From: Macrostomum lignano
Lineage: Eukaryota
Reading direction: 5' to 3'
Assembly (NCBI GenBank): GCA_002269645.1
Contig: NIVC01001150.1
Location: 198,422 to 262,421 of the forward strand
Length of the DNA stretch: 64,000 nt
The position numbers and the translations under genes are program-made. Positions 1 to 13,500 of the stretch are shown here, piece by piece; the stretch's first letter is position 1, and each line of letters begins with the position of its first letter. The notes under the pieces were generated by a model. It had not been told where the DNA came from. It saw only the letters and a list, made by a program, of their open reading frames with translations, and made no database searches.

Positions 1-643
1 AGGCAGTGGCTCCCCATCCCAGCTCACACAGGCAGCGGCTCCCCATCCCAGCTCACTCAGACAGTGGCTCCCCATCCCAGCTCACACAGGCAGTGGCTCC
101 CCATCCCAGCTCACACAGACAGTGGCTCCCCATCCCAGCTCACACAGACAGTGGCTCCCCATCCCAGCTCACACAGGCAGCGGCTCCCCATCCCAGCTCA
201 CTCAGACAGTGGCTCCCCATCCCAGCTCACACAGACAGTGGCTCCCCATCCCAGCTCACACAGACAGTGGCTCCCCATCCCAGCTCACACAGACAGTGGC
301 TCCCATCCCAGCTCACTCAGGCAGTGGCTCCCCATCTCAGGCAGTGGCTCCCCATCTCAGGCAGTGGCTCCCCATCTCAGGCAGTGGCTCCCCATCTCAG
401 GCAGTGGCTCCCCATCCCAGCTCACTCAGGCAGTGGCTCCCCATCTCAGGCAGTGGCTCCCCATCTCAGGCAGTGGCTCCCCATCTCAGGCAGTGGCTCC
501 CCATCTCAGGCAGTGGCTCCCCATCTCAGGCAGTGGCTCCCCATCTTAGGCAGTGGCTCCCCATCTCAGGCAGTGGCTCCCCATCTCAGGCAGTGGCTCC
601 CTATCCCAGCTCACTCAGGCAGTGGCTCCCCATCCCAGCTCAC
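1..643. repeat. Intronic minisatellite: 29-bp unit AGGCAGTGGCTCCCCATCCCAGCTCACAC and a derived 20-bp unit; continues off the window start
   Basis: Tandem units read directly. The 20-mer is the 29-mer minus CCAGCTCAC. The array abuts the minus-strand 5' splice site at 643. Confidence 0.95.
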
Positions 644-928
644 GTAGGCGGTGGCGGTGCTGGCCCCGGTGGCAGACAGGTCAGCCGCGGTGATCTCCAC
701 CTGGTATTGGCCAACCGGGGTGGCCTCCCGGTCGAGCGGCTGCGGCCCGGCGCGCAGGGAGCCGCCGACGGGGTCGAGCTGGAACAGCCGGCGGGACTGC
801 GGCCGGCTCTGGTTGCCGGCGAAGATGCCGCTGATGAAGTAGCGAATGCCGCCGCTGCCGCCACTGCCGCCCTGCTGCTGCGCCCGCACCTGCAGGATCT
901 CCTGGCCCTCGGCCAGGCCCTCAGCGAC
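644..928 (-). CDS. ds: Dachsous-like protocadherin, second coding exon in window (one cadherin repeat)
   Basis: Minus-strand TTTGCAG acceptor before 928 and GTGAG donor after 644; 285 nt, phase 0/0. Joining to the large exon gives ...TAYWAQ|VAEGLAEGQEILQVRA...LDREATPVGQYQVEITAAD, a cadherin motif. Confidence 0.85.
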
Positions 929-2412
929 CTGCAAAGCGGGTCGGAGAAAACGCGATTGGATTCGATAGATTTCGAGCAGCCCCCGCTGGGACAAGACCAG
1001 AGGCCCAGTCTTTGTTCTCAAGATTTTTATTGAGCCCCCTCCCCTGGAACAATGGCGGCACGGAAGTAATAAAGAGTTTTTGCGCCAGGGCTGCATTGAA
1101 TTTCAAATCGATACTCGGCTACCACCGGCTTTGGGCCGTCATTATCTCAGCTGGGATTCGTCACGGGGGACCTGGCGGGCCCATTGTGCTCGGGCAGGCC
1201 GCCTGTCATCATTTGCGGCTGAAAACCTGCCCCCCCCCCAGACAGCGTGTCAAAGTGAATCGTGGGCTCAACCAGAGTCAACCAGTTGGCCAATTGGGTT
1301 CCGCACAGTTATTGCTGGCCCTCGCCCTCTCAACTCAAATTCTGACTCAGGGCCGGGGCAGTGAGGCATGGCTCAGCCAAATGCAGTTGGGTAGGCACGT
1401 ACAGAGATGCAGGCAGATGCAGTGGCTTCCAGCCTCCAACTTTCAGCCCCAGTCATGCAGCGGTGCTCAGAGCTGTCCTCGCGCACACGGTGGGCAGCCG
1501 CGACAGCCAGGCAGACTGGGGAGCCACAGAGAACACGCAGTGCAGAAGCTGCATGCACGGCGGAGCAGCTGCTCACCAACTGCAGCTTTGGCATTGTTCT
1601 CCCAACTCTCTCCCCTGCTCCCCCTCCACCCGGTAGCCGCCAGCCCAGCGCACAGAGGATCGGGCGAGGCGAAATGCGGCTGCACTTTTCATCCCCCCCC
1701 ATTCCCTGCGGGCCCGCCAGCCGGGCCACCTGCCGAGCCATTTGCAGTGCGCTGGCGAGTCCCGGCTGCTCCACATGCAGGTTGTGTAAATTCTGCCGCT
1801 TGCTCCTCCCCTTCCCTCCTTCCACAGAACGATGGTGCTGAAAGCTTGGCAACCAGTTCTTTGCCAAGGACAACTTAACAGTTTCGTAACAGTTTAACGA
1901 AGTGACTTCAGTGGTCCTTGTTCTTTGCATGCACAGCGAAAAACTTGCCCGGGTGCAAATAAACTGCTGTTGGCTCTCAGTTTGCAGGGGCGATCGGGCA
2001 CTGCCGCAAATCAAAGCAACAGTGGACCCGCACACAGTGAGGGGTCAAGCAGTCAGACTCCAGAGAACGCGCACAGGATTTATAGCAGTCATGACTCTCT
2101 GTGCCTTGGGGGTTGGCCCTCATGGGCGAGAAGCACGCAAGCGCAAGCACGGAATCGAACCCCGGGGACTTAAGCGCAAGAGTCACACGATTCACTGCTG
2201 AGATGCTCTGCCCCACCGCGCTGAGTTGAGTCTCGCTTAAAGTGCAAAAGTCACGGCCGACCCACCCCTGTGGCTTGGCTTTGAAAGTCAAATTGCATGA
2301 CTAAAGATAAAAATTTTTCACCCCAGCACGCGCTGCGCTGCATCGAACTCCGAAGCATTCAGGCAGCCTTCAAACCTGCAATATAATGCGTATAATAGTC
2401 AGCCCGACCTAC

Positions 2413-5400
2413 CTGAGCCCAGTAGGCTGTCTGCGTGAACACCGGCCCGGAGCCGTCCTGCGACTGGCCAATCAGCAGCAGCGGCTGCGGCTCGGCCCCG
2501 GCCAGCAGGACGCTGAGGTTGTACAAGGCGCGCCCGGTCGAAGCCGCGGCGGGGTCGGCCAGCAAGGTGACGACGCCGGTGCTGCGGTCGACGGCGAACA
2601 TCGAAGCGTCGGGGCCAGCGAGGCCGAAGCTGATCAACGCGTTGTCGCCCTCGTCGGCGTCGGTGGCGAGGAGGCGGCAGACGCGGGACCCGGAGGACAG
2701 CATCAGCGGCAGCAGCACGGTGGGCGGAGTCAGCAAAATCGGCTGGTTGTCATCTACATCGTCCACAATCACTGTGACGACGGTGGCCGTGGAGGTCAGC
2801 TGAGCAGCGCCGGGCGAGTCGACTGCGGCGAGGTGCAGCTTGTAGACGGCGACCCGCTCGCGGTCCAGCGAATGGACGGCGCGAATTTCGCCGCTGCGCG
2901 CGTCGACTGCAAATTCGTCGCCGAAGGGTTCCTGGAAGACGAGACGGTACGAGACGCTGTCGCCAATATCCGCGTCCGTGGCGACCACCCGACCGAGGAG
3001 CGCCGGAGCGGTGAGATTCTCTGGAGCATGCAGGACGAGTGGCGCCGCCTGCTTGAAGGTCGGCGGATTGTCGTTGACATTCAGCACGCGCACCACAAAG
3101 GCGGTCTCCGCAGCCAGGCCGCCCGCGTCGGCAACTCGAACAGTTAGAGAGTAGGAAGGCCGCGTCTCGAAGTCCAGCGCGTTCGCCACGTACAGACGGC
3201 CGGTAGAGGCGTCCATCCCGATGTCGCCGCCTGAGTTTCCGGCTGTGATGGAGAAGACGAGGCGCTCAGAGTCGCCAGCGTCCTCATCGGAGGCCCGGAA
3301 GCGGTACAGGACGGTGCCGGGTGCAGCTGCTTCCGACACGGAGGCCTCGGGTTGGGTGGCGTTGGCGAAGGCTGGTCGGTGGTCATTGACATTCGTCACC
3401 CTCAGCAAGATGGTGGCGCTCGAGGTCAGCGGCGGGCTGCCGCGGTCAGCAGCGGTCACCACCAGCCTGAAAGAGTTCTGGGCTTCGTAGTCAAGCAACT
3501 TCGCCACCCGCAGCTCGCCTGTCACCTCGGACAGTGCGAAGTGGCCGAGTTCGTTTCCGGACACGATGGCGAAAGAAACTGCCGAGTTGTCGCCCGCTGC
3601 ATCTTCGTCGTTGGCGGTGAGCCGAGCAACGACGGCGCCTTCAGCGGCGTCCTCGGCGACGCTGACGTTCAGCCAAGCGCTGGAGAACCGCGGCTCGCAG
3701 TCGTTGACGTCGGCGATCACCACCCGGACGGCGGCCGTGCTGGTCAGCGTGGGTTCTCCACCGTCAGCGGCCACGACGGTGAACAGAAATTGCCGCTCGG
3801 TGGGCAGCTCGCGGTCGAAAGTCCGCAGCGCCCGCAGCTGGCCGCTCAGCGTGTCCACGGCAAAGTCCGCGGTGCCAGCCAGCCAATACTGCACCTGGCC
3901 GTTGGGACCGGCGTCCGCGTCAGCCGCGAACACCCGACCGACCGGCTGTCCGGCTGTCCGATTCTCCGCCAGCTGGAACACGAAGCCCGCAGCGCCGGAG
4001 CCGCTAAACACTGGGGCACAGTCGTTGATGTCGCCGACATGGACCACGACGCTGGCGGTGGCCAGGCCGGCCGCCGGCCCAGCGCCCACGAAGCGGGCGA
4101 AAACGGGGAATTCGAAGGTGTCGCGGGTCTCACGGTCCAGCGGGCGGGCCACGTACAGCCCTCCACTGGGCAGCAGGCCGATCCGCTGCTGCGTGTCCGT
4201 CAGGCTGAGCGGCGCAAACTCCGGTGACAGGGCGAACTCGACAGTTTCGGAGGCGCCCACAGCTAAGGCGACGCGGCCAAACTCTGAGTTGACGGAGGCA
4301 TTCTCGAACAGAGCGAAGCTGAAGGTGGACCTAGCCAGCTTTGGCCATGGCGGCGGCGTCACGGATACGGAGACTCGAACAGTTGCCTCAGCTGAGCGGC
4401 TGGGAGAGCCCCCGTCCGAGGCGCGAACCGTCAGAGTGACACCGCCGGACGCCAAGTCAGCGGCTTTCCAGAGCGGGACCGGCCTGGCCAGGTACAGCAG
4501 CCCTGCGGAGCTGTCCAGGCTGAAGTAGCTGCCGGGATTCGAGGCCAGTTCCAGCGTCACGCGGCCGTTGAGGCCCAGGTCGGGATCCGTGGCGGTCAGT
4601 ACCCCAATCATGTGACCGAGCGGCGTACTCGATTCGTTAACAGCAAAGTCGTATGCCGACCATTCGAAGGCGGGCGAGTTGTCGTTGATGTCGGCAACGA
4701 GAATCCTCACAGCGGCGGTGCAGAAGTCGGCGGAGGTGACGAACGCCACAGTCAGGTTGAACTGCGGCGTTGCCTCCCGATCCAACGAGCCCGTCAGGCT
4801 GATGACGCCAGCCGGAGAAATCGAAAAAAGACCGGCCGGGTCTCCATCGGCAATCACGTAGAAGGCGCCGGCTGCGAACGGACTCGCAGCAACTGCGCCG
4901 ATGGTTCGCGAAGAGGCTGACGCCGCTTCGGCCGCCGTGAATTCGTAGCTTCTCTGGCCGAAGGACGGCCGCGCTGCCCCGGCGGGCACTGGAAACACCC
5001 GGACGGTGGCTGGGGAGCTCGCTTTAGCGCCTCGACTGTCGGTGACGCTGACGCTGAACTCGACGGGCGCGTCGGCAGCATAACCCGCCAGCCTGACGGT
5101 GCCATCGGCCGAGTCAATAGCGAACCCCACGGTGGAACCGGAGTCGAAGGCGAAGGTCGCGTTGGTCCCGGAGTTCGGAGCCCGAATCCGCGCGAGCTCG
5201 GCACCGAACCACTGCTCCCCGGCCGGCACCGCGGCCAGGTAGAGCGCCGGGTACAGCTTCGGCCGAGCAGACAGCGGCCGCGACACTTCGATCTCGATTG
5301 TCAAATCAGCAAACAGCGGCTTGACGGCATTATCAGCGACTCGGATGGCGTACTGAGCACTGGCTGTGAGGCTGGGACAATCCAGCTGCTGAAGGCCGCC

Positions 5401-7251
5401 TGAACTGGTTGTGACGCTGCACTGCGTGTCTGTCGGAGGTCGGCGCCGTCTCACGGAGAAGGTCAGGCTGCCGTTGCGGTCCTGGTCGGCGTCAGCGCAC
5501 AAGGCAGCCAGCGGGACGGTCAGCGCGGAGCCCCAGGGCCGAGCTGCGTAGCTCAGGTGGCTGGCGTTGCACGCGGGCGGGTGGTTGACGCCCTGCAGGC
5601 CGACCGTCACCAGCGCGTAGGAGACGAGGCGCTTCGGTCCCATGTCGCTGGCGCTGATGTTCAGCCGATAGGCGGGCCTGGATGCGAGGCTGAGCGGCTG
5701 GCGGGTGACCAACAGGCCGGTGTCCGGCACCAGGCCGAAAGCGCCGTCCGCGTTGCCCTCCACGATCTGGTACTGCACTTGCGAGTTCAAGCCGGCCGAG
5801 TCGTTGTCCCTGGCAACCAGGGTAGCGACCAGACTGCCGACCGGGGCCGCCTCTGATAGCTTCGTGTCTATAAGCGGCTGGTCAAACTCGGGTGCGAACT
5901 GGTTGGCCCGGTTCACCTGAACCCGAACCGTCAGCGTGGAGGTCAGCGGCGGGTTGCCCTTGTCCTGAGCCAGCAGGAGCAATGCGAACTGCTTCGGCGA
6001 CTCCGCATCGAAAGCCTTGGCCGTGACGATTTGGTAATAGAGCGAAGTTAATGACGCCAGCGCAAAGTAGCCGCTGCTGTTCAGCAGTGCGAGGCTGGTC
6101 TCGCCGTTCAGCCCGACATCGGCGTCCGTGACCTGCACGATGGCGAGGGCGTCACCAGGCTTTGACGTCTCATCGATGATAGCGAATCCGTCCTTCTGTG
6201 TGGTGAGGATGACGCGAATCTCTGGCGGGTTCGAGTTGGCCAGCTGCACACTGATGGTGATGAGGCAATCAGGCTCCGACATCAGCTGTGGCGTTCCCGC
6301 GTCGGCGGCCTCAACGGTCACGGAGCAGCCGTCGGAGGTGCGGAAGCAGTCAAGCGGTCGGGCCAGCGTGAGCACCCCAGAGACGGCGTCGAGGGCGAAC
6401 TGGCCGCCTGCCGGGCCGACTTTGACTCGGTAGCTGACCTGCGAGTTCGGCGAACCGGGCTGATCCGCGTCGGTAGCCCGGACCCGTGCCAACACGGAGC
6501 CCACGGGGGTCGATTCGTTGACTACGGCGGTCACCGAAGCGGCTTCGAAGACTGGTGGATTGTCATTGTAGTCGAGCACAGTGACGGACACGGCCAGGTA
6601 GCCGTGCCGGGCCGGGTTGCCTCCGTCCTCCGCCGAGATGTTCAGCGAATACGAGGCGGCGGTCTCCCGGTCAAGCCGGGCCACGGTGATGAGGTTGAGC
6701 TGCGGGAATCCCAGGCTGCTCTCCACTCGCAGGTGAAATTTGCCTGCTTCGTTGCCGGCCACGATCTTGTAGTTCAGCGTGACGGAGTTTGCCCCGGCGT
6801 CCGGGTCAGTGGCCAGCGGAAGGAGGCGGCCGCTGCCCACGGCCGAATTCTCTGACAGATCCCAGCCGACCGTGGCGTCCGGGAATCGCGGGCTGTTGTC
6901 GTTTTCGTCCAGCACGTTGACGCGCACGCTGATTGTCTGCACTGAGCTGGCTGAGGTGCCGATGACCAGCAGGTCGATTACGTCAGAGCTCAGCGCCTCG
7001 CGATCGATCAGCGACTTCGTAGTGACGATCCCGGTGCCGGGGTCGAAGCTGAACAGCGGGGAGTCCGGGCTCAGCTGGTAGGCAAATCCGCTGCTCATCT
7101 TCACCTGGCCCACCTGGAAGCCGGCCGGTCGGTTCTCGTGCACGGTGAAATTGTATCGGTCCGGCGACTCAGCGGCCCAGATGCCTGGCTGCTGCATCAA
7201 TAACAGCAGCAGCAGCTGCAGCAGTGCTGCAACAGTTCCAGTCTGCTTCAT
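2413..7251 (-). CDS. ds: Dachsous-like protocadherin (DCHS1/2-type), first coding exon (~4.8 kb): signal peptide plus many cadherin repeats
   Basis: 1630-aa ORF with a hydrophobic leader and repeated DxNDN, LDRE and DxDxG motifs. The N-terminal repeats (IDRE...VLDENDNSPRFP...ATDPDAGANSVT..YKIVAGN) follow the Dachsous pattern. Donor CAG|GTAGGT at 2413/2412. Confidence 0.85.
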
Positions 7252-8351
7252 CGCACGCCTGGCAGTGCGGATCAGGGCATTATCCAGTGTCTTCGCTAAT
7301 TGAGCTTTCCCTGGCTCTGGAACAAGTGTTTTCGCGTATTCTGGCCGTTGAGTGACAGCCAGGAGAATTCAACACTCAAGGCGGAGCAGACTTAACTCAG
7401 TCGTGTATCTACTGCTTCTCACAGTTCCACGCCGGGCTCTTGGGACAGGCTGGGCTCTCAAATGCTCCTTCACAATGGCCTCTGGGGTGGGTCCTGCCTG
7501 GGCGAGCCCGGCCATTGGCAGGCTGGCCCCAGCCAATGAGGAGCCGGGAAGCAGTGTAAGCTGGCAGAGGCAATTCTAACAGAAATTATCGGCACGCGAT
7601 CTGGGAAGCACAATTGCGATTTTCGCCTTAGACAAGGCGACAAAGCGCTGCTTGATTTCGCGTGCAGACTCGCTCGGAAGCAATTTCTTGTGGCCAGGGA
7701 GGACTGGAAGCTTGGGGTTACCTTGCAGTTGAGTGTTTAAGGCGAAGCGCACTTGGCACACACGATTACCATGCCTTAACTGCAGTTGCATTGCGAAAGT
7801 CTGGGTGTTTGAACGACTTCTTTCTGGGCTTGTGCTACGGACTGCTTATGCAGGACTCCGCCTTCTCGAGCCGCACAAATGTTTACTAAGAGGCCCGAGG
7901 TCTGTAAACAGCAACAGCGAAAGCCGAAATCGATATTCCAGTGCGAACTGAGGATCGATAGATACAGCAGAGCTGCGGTGCTTGATGCAGCGGGTGCACT
8001 GGCTAAAGCGTGACAAAAGCGGCTAAACTCACAAGCTCATCCCCACATTAGACTGCAATTTTGACCCAATACTCATGCAGTGCATGGTAACAAAGCGTTA
8101 AAGATACTTGTACACTTGGCTGTCTGCTTCTCGAGCATATCGTGGGTGAAGGTGGTCTCGTGTTTTTTCCTATCCATGCAATTTTTCCCGTGAACATGCT
8201 TTGAATTTAAGCGAAAGGCACACTGTGGTACTTCGAGTAGTAAATAAAGGCTGTAGTAAAAGCTGATCATGCATACAGCGCAAGAAATTCAGGAATTTTT
8301 TGTACTCGTAATTTTCTGCAGCCACTTAACTAAAAATTTAGCCAAAAAATT

Positions 8352-9262
8352 TAGGAACTTGTAGCTCTTTTGCCTCAGCTGGAACTTGTAGCTCTTCTGC
8401 CTCAGCTGGAACTTGTAGCTCTTCTGCCTCAGCTGAAACTTGTAGCTCTTCTACCTCAGCTGGAACTTGTAGCTCTTCTGCCTCAGCTGGAACTGTAGCT
8501 CTTCTGCCTCAGCTGGAACTTGTAGCTCTTCTGCCTCAGCTGGAACTTGTAGCTCTTCTGCCTCAGCTGGAACTTGTAGCTCTTCTACCTCAGCTGGAAC
8601 TTGTAGCTCTTCTACCTCAGCTGGAACTTGTAGCTCTTCTACCTCAGCTGGAACTTGTAGCTCTACTGCCTGAGCTGGAACTTGTAGCTCTTCTACCTCA
8701 GCTGGAACTGTAGCTCTTCTGCCTCAGCTGGAATCAGCAGGAACTTGTAGCTCTACTGCCTCAGCAGGAACTTGTAGCTCTTCTACCTCAGCTGGAACTT
8801 GTAGCTCTTCTACCTCAGCTGGAACTTGTAGCTCTACTGCCTGAGCTGGAACTTGTAGCTCTTCTACCTCAGCTGGAACTGTAGCTCTTCTGCCTCAGCT
8901 GGAATCAGCAGGAACTTGTAGCTCTACTGCCTCAGCAGGAACTTGTAGCTCTTCTACCTCAGCTGGAACTTGTAGCTCTTCTACCTCAGCTGGAACTTGT
9001 AGCTCTTCTACCTCAGCTGGAACTTGTAGCTCTACTGCCTGAGCTGGAACTTGTAGCTCTTCTACCTCAGCTGGAACTTGTAGCTCTACTGCCTGAGCTG
9101 GAACTTGTAGCTCTTCTACCTCAGCTGGAACTGTAGCTCTACTGCCTGAGCAGGAACTTGTAGCTCTACTGCCTCAGCTGGAACTGTAGCTCTTCTGCTT
9201 CAGCTGGAACTTGTAGCTCTTCTGCCTCAGCTGGAACTTGTAGCTCTTCTGCCTCAGCTGGA
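8352..9262. repeat. Minisatellite, 27-bp unit CAGCTGGAACTTGTAGCTCTTCTGCCT, about 33 copies
   Basis: Tandem units read directly. Confidence 0.95.
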
Positions 9263-9660
9263 GCTTATCAACCGGACCCATCGGGATCCTACAGAAGTCG
9301 TCATAGACCGCGAGGCTCAGCCGCATCAAGGCGCATCTGTAGCACACAGCAGCCTGTTCGACTTGGGATTCGTTCAAAGCCCATCGAAATCAGCCTTAAC
9401 TGTCAAGATGAACTCAAGTCATCTAATGAACTCGGGTCAAGTAAGCTAAGATACACAATTGAGGCAAGCCACCCGCAGAGACCTCATATACAATAAATAA
9501 ATGAACAGGTGATGACAATTCCTAATCCATTTTTTCTCCAAACTGATTTTTCTATTTAAACCGCACGGATTTCAACCGCCAGCAAGCGCACAGAGGCGCA
9601 CAAAGATTTGCGCAAACAAACAAAAAAACGCAGCAAAAAGTCCCCAGGAAAAGCGCCCCT

Positions 9661-10104
9661 TTAACGGTAGGACTTCTGGTAGCGGGCGCGAGCGCCAGGG
9701 CCGCCGAACTTCTTGGGCTCGCAGCGGCGCGGGTCTGCAACCAGCAGCGACTTGTCGTAGGAGATCAGCAGGTCCTTGATCTCCTTCTTACTGGCCTCGT
9801 CCACGTATTTCTGGTAGTAGGCGACCAGCGCTTTGCTCAGCGCCTGCCGGATCGCGTAGACCTGCGCGATGCGGCCGCCGCCTTTCACCCGGATGCGGAT
9901 GTCCACGCCGCTGAACTTGTCCTTGCCGAGCAGCAGCACCGGCTCCTGAAGCTTGTACTGCAGAGCCCGCGGCTCCACCAGCGACAGCGGCCGTCCGTTC
10001 ACGTGGATGAGGCCGCGTCCGGACTTGCAGTGGGCGACCGCCGTAGCCGTCTTCTTGCGGCCGAACACTTGCACTGCGTTGGATGGCGGCCTGGGGGCTG
10101 ACAT
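9661..10104 (-). CDS. RPS16: 40S ribosomal protein S16 (uS9), 147 aa, no intron within the CDS
   Basis: [27 protein letters not shown]...[25 protein letters not shown] at 10104. The upstream extension in the ORF track is repeat-derived. Confidence 0.97.
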   Translation of the reverse strand: MSAPRPPSNAVQVFGRKKTATAVAHCKSGRGLIHVNGRPLSLVEPRALQYKLQEPVLLLGKDKFSGVDIRIRVKGGGRIAQVYAIRQALSKALVAYYQKYVDEASKKEIKDLLISYDKSLLVADPRRCEPKKFGGPGARARYQKSYR

Positions 10105-10136
10105 GGCTCTGTTGATCAAGCTGCGGGCTGCGGCAG

Positions 10137-10500
10137 TGAGCAAATGGGTGAGCATGGAGCAGCTGGGTGAGCACTGACTAGATGGGGTGAGCACTGAATG
10201 GTTGGGGTGACACTGAATGGTTGGGGTGAGCACTGACTGGATGGGTGAGCAATGAATGGTTGGGGTGAGCACTGAATGGATTGGGTCAGCACTGACTAGA
10301 TGGGGTGAGCAATGATTGATTGGGTGAGCATTGACTGGTTGGGGTGAGCACTGACTGGAGGGGGTGAGCACTAAATGGAGGGGGTGAGCACTAAATGGAT
10401 GGGGTGAGCACTGACTGGATGGGTTGAGCACTGACTAAGTGGGGTAAGCACTAACTAGATTGGGTGAGCACTGACTGACTAGATGTGGTGAGCACTGGTT
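10137..10500. repeat. Degenerate ~19-23-bp minisatellite (GGGGTGAGCACTGACTGGAT) immediately upstream of the RPS16 5' UTR splice acceptor
   Basis: Tandem units. The minus strand reads ...GCTCACTGCCGCAG| about 26 nt before the ATG. Confidence 0.85.
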
Positions 10501-13500
10501 TGGCAGAGGCAATTGTTAGGGTATATAGTATTTTTAAGTTAAAAAAGCCCCTAGGAATTAGCAGCTCTCATTCAAGACTGACTATGACTATAAATATAGC
10601 TAAATCATTTGAACCCTACACAATTGCCTAAGTTAGAGTCTTCTAACATATTCATCATAAATAGATGTTGCTTTAATACTTTTACTAGCCTATCTTCAAC
10701 AGTTATGTATTGTATAAATTGCTAAAAATGTTTCAAAATTTAGCTCTTAATAAATGGTATTTAGCATATGGCATTATATATGTCATATAAATTAAAACTT
10801 TTTAATAATATAGAAAATTTATATTTATTAAAACTTTTTCCTATTCATCTTTTAGACCTTTCTCTCTCCTAGTCTTTTTAAAAACTATTGATAATGATTT
10901 TTATCATTATATAGCCTTTTACCTTTCAAAATAGATTCTTAATACACTTGGCATATATTTAATCATGATGTATACTAAGATCCTTAATATATATATAAAT
11001 ATAAAACATAAAAGATTTTTAAAAAGAATGTAATTAATTTAACTTGCATTTTCAAATGTTTAATTTTAATATGTTTTATATAGTTTTTATGTGTATAGGT
11101 TAAAGTAAAAACTACATTCCAGATCAAGTAATATATGCCCAAAAATTCAAGCATGCATTGGCCTTGCATGCCAAAAGTTAAGCATGCACACTTGGCATAC
11201 ACTTCATAGAATCACATGGAAAAGTTAATATTAAGTGGGAAAAAAGTTGAAAAAGTATTTTTTAAGCCTAAATTTTAAGCTATCTAGTTTTTAAGCTTGC
11301 AATTGTGGCAGGTGGCTGCCTCATTGGTATAAATTCTGCTTAATAAATTTTATTAATAGTTACTTATCAATATTTAAAAATTACTACTTTTATGTACATG
11401 CATGCTTTCCCAACCCGGAATTATGCTCTCCCGCGCTGGGACAAAAGTTTCAAAATTGTATCACGCACCCCATCCCATTATGGGATTTTCAGTCTCACTC
11501 CTTGTACAATTGCTCCCTTTTTGCTTGCTTGAATGCGTGCCTCATTTAATTCTATGCTTTTTCTTTTGTTCTACCACTGCTGGACCGTGTATTAAATTTT
11601 CCTTTTTCTGGTCTAGCCGCAGTCATTGCATATTTTGCCTATAAATTGATGCCTAAACTTGTGTAAATTTATCTTTCCTTCCTGCTCTTGGTTACTTTTA
11701 ACACTCATCCTTTACTTAGTTTTGTTGCGTTTAGTTTGGTCTATTTTGCTTAATTAAATTAGCCGAAGGCCTGCCGAATTATTCTTGCCATTGTCATAAT
11801 ATAATAATTTAGTTACTGTTTATCTTGCTCAACTTGAATTTAATAAAGATTAATAATAATTAAAACCTATTTATTAATACATTTATTTGTTGACATTAAG
11901 CCATAGCCTATCTTAAGTCTTTTGCCCATAGGGTGTAAAATAACCAAAGTTTTTCTCAGCTCAAAAAAAGCTCAGACTTATTTGTTCTGTAATATGTAAA
12001 TTACAGTGGTGGCAGCTCTACCCTACTGAAAGTAACAAGCTCAGCAAATTGACACATTAATTTATGGTGTCTGAATCTATGGTGTTTCATCACTTTGAAC
12101 AAATGTGCTGCTACACGACCGCTCCGCTACAATTACGACTACCTTCCCCCTGGACCTGAGAACCCGGCAGTCAGAATAGAGGAGGAAGATTTTGTTGTGA
12201 TTTGTCTGTATAATTTTCTGGCCTATTCGTGCAAACTAAACGTCAATGGGAATTCAAATGTAGAGACCGCCCTATCTTACTGGTGTCAGCTAATTTTCAA
12301 AACCGATTCCAAGAACCACAACCCTTTTTCTGCCCCACCTCATAATAAAGTATTTAAACAAATTTTTATGCATATCAATGTTTTGCTATAAATATTGTAG
12401 GCAAAAAAATAAAAAAATAGCCAAATTATTAGTCAAAAAAGGTCCTTTATGCAATGCAAAAAGGTCATTTATTGTTGCAACATAAAAGTCATTTATTGTT
12501 GCAACATAAAAAAGTCATCTATTGTTGCAATATTAGCCTTTTTAGAGTGTGGGTGTGCACTTATTTTTTGGAATGTATTTCTAACTATTCAATTTTTGTT
12601 TAGTTAGGTATGCACCCAGACTAGTCTAAATTTATAGAGTAAAAATAGAACAAAGAAATAGGCCTACCATATAAATCATAAGACAATTGTTGTTTGTTAT
12701 AGTAAAAATATATATTATATTATTGTATACATATATAGCATAAATTTTATAATTTATAGGCCTAGTATAAATTATAGAACTTATAAATTATAACTATAAT
12801 TATAAATAGTAAGATGGTTATTTTTATAGTTAACCTTTAAAACAAATACCATCTAAATAAAATAACAAACATAAAGCAAATACTAGGGTAGGTAGGTGGT
12901 AAATTAAAAAAATTATTTATTTATTAAAAATTTTAAAAACAATTTTTTTATTTTAATAAAAAATGAAAATGAAGCACTACTACTAGCCTACTAGGCCTAT
13001 ATAGCCTATATTTTTTTTAATCTAGCCTGGCCCTAGCTTAGCATAGCTATAGGCATAAGAAAAAGAGTATTTCTTGGGTTGAATTTATGCCATTTTATGT
13101 ATTGATAACTAAACCTATTAAACTAAGCCTAACTCACTGTCACAGCAAGTCAGCATTCTTGTTTTAGCCTTTTAGGTAGGGCCTAACCCTTACATGGTTT
13201 CAATTTCAATGGAGCACTAATAGTTTTGAAATCATAGACCCATAAAAAATAGGCTGCAAATTGCCACACTGCTGAATTTTATTTTCTACGTTGGTACATA
13301 TAGGACCTAGACACATGCCAATCATATATTTTGACGACATGGGTCCGGCGAAAGTGCGTTTTAGAAGAAATTGTTGTTTTTAATTGTAATACATATAAAA
13401 CAAAGCTATAACTCTTATTTTTTAAATGATCTACTCTAATGCGAATATTGGCTTTCTAAACTTGTTGTGCATAAACAGGATACTTTTTTTAGAGAAAACG

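Noticed and set aside
6-647. Long + strand ORFs (213, 161, 303 aa)
   Set aside because: Translations of the 29/20-bp minisatellite; the real exon is on the minus strand.
2386-7081. Many overlapping + and alternative-frame ORFs over the cadherin exon
   Set aside because: Antisense shadows expected from stop-poor, GC-rich coding DNA; no recognisable motifs. The same applies over the DEG/ENaC, GRIPAP1 and Gypsy ORFs.
9661-10431. 256-aa N-terminally extended RPS16
   Set aside because: The extension is minisatellite translation upstream of a splice acceptor; the canonical start is ATG 10104.
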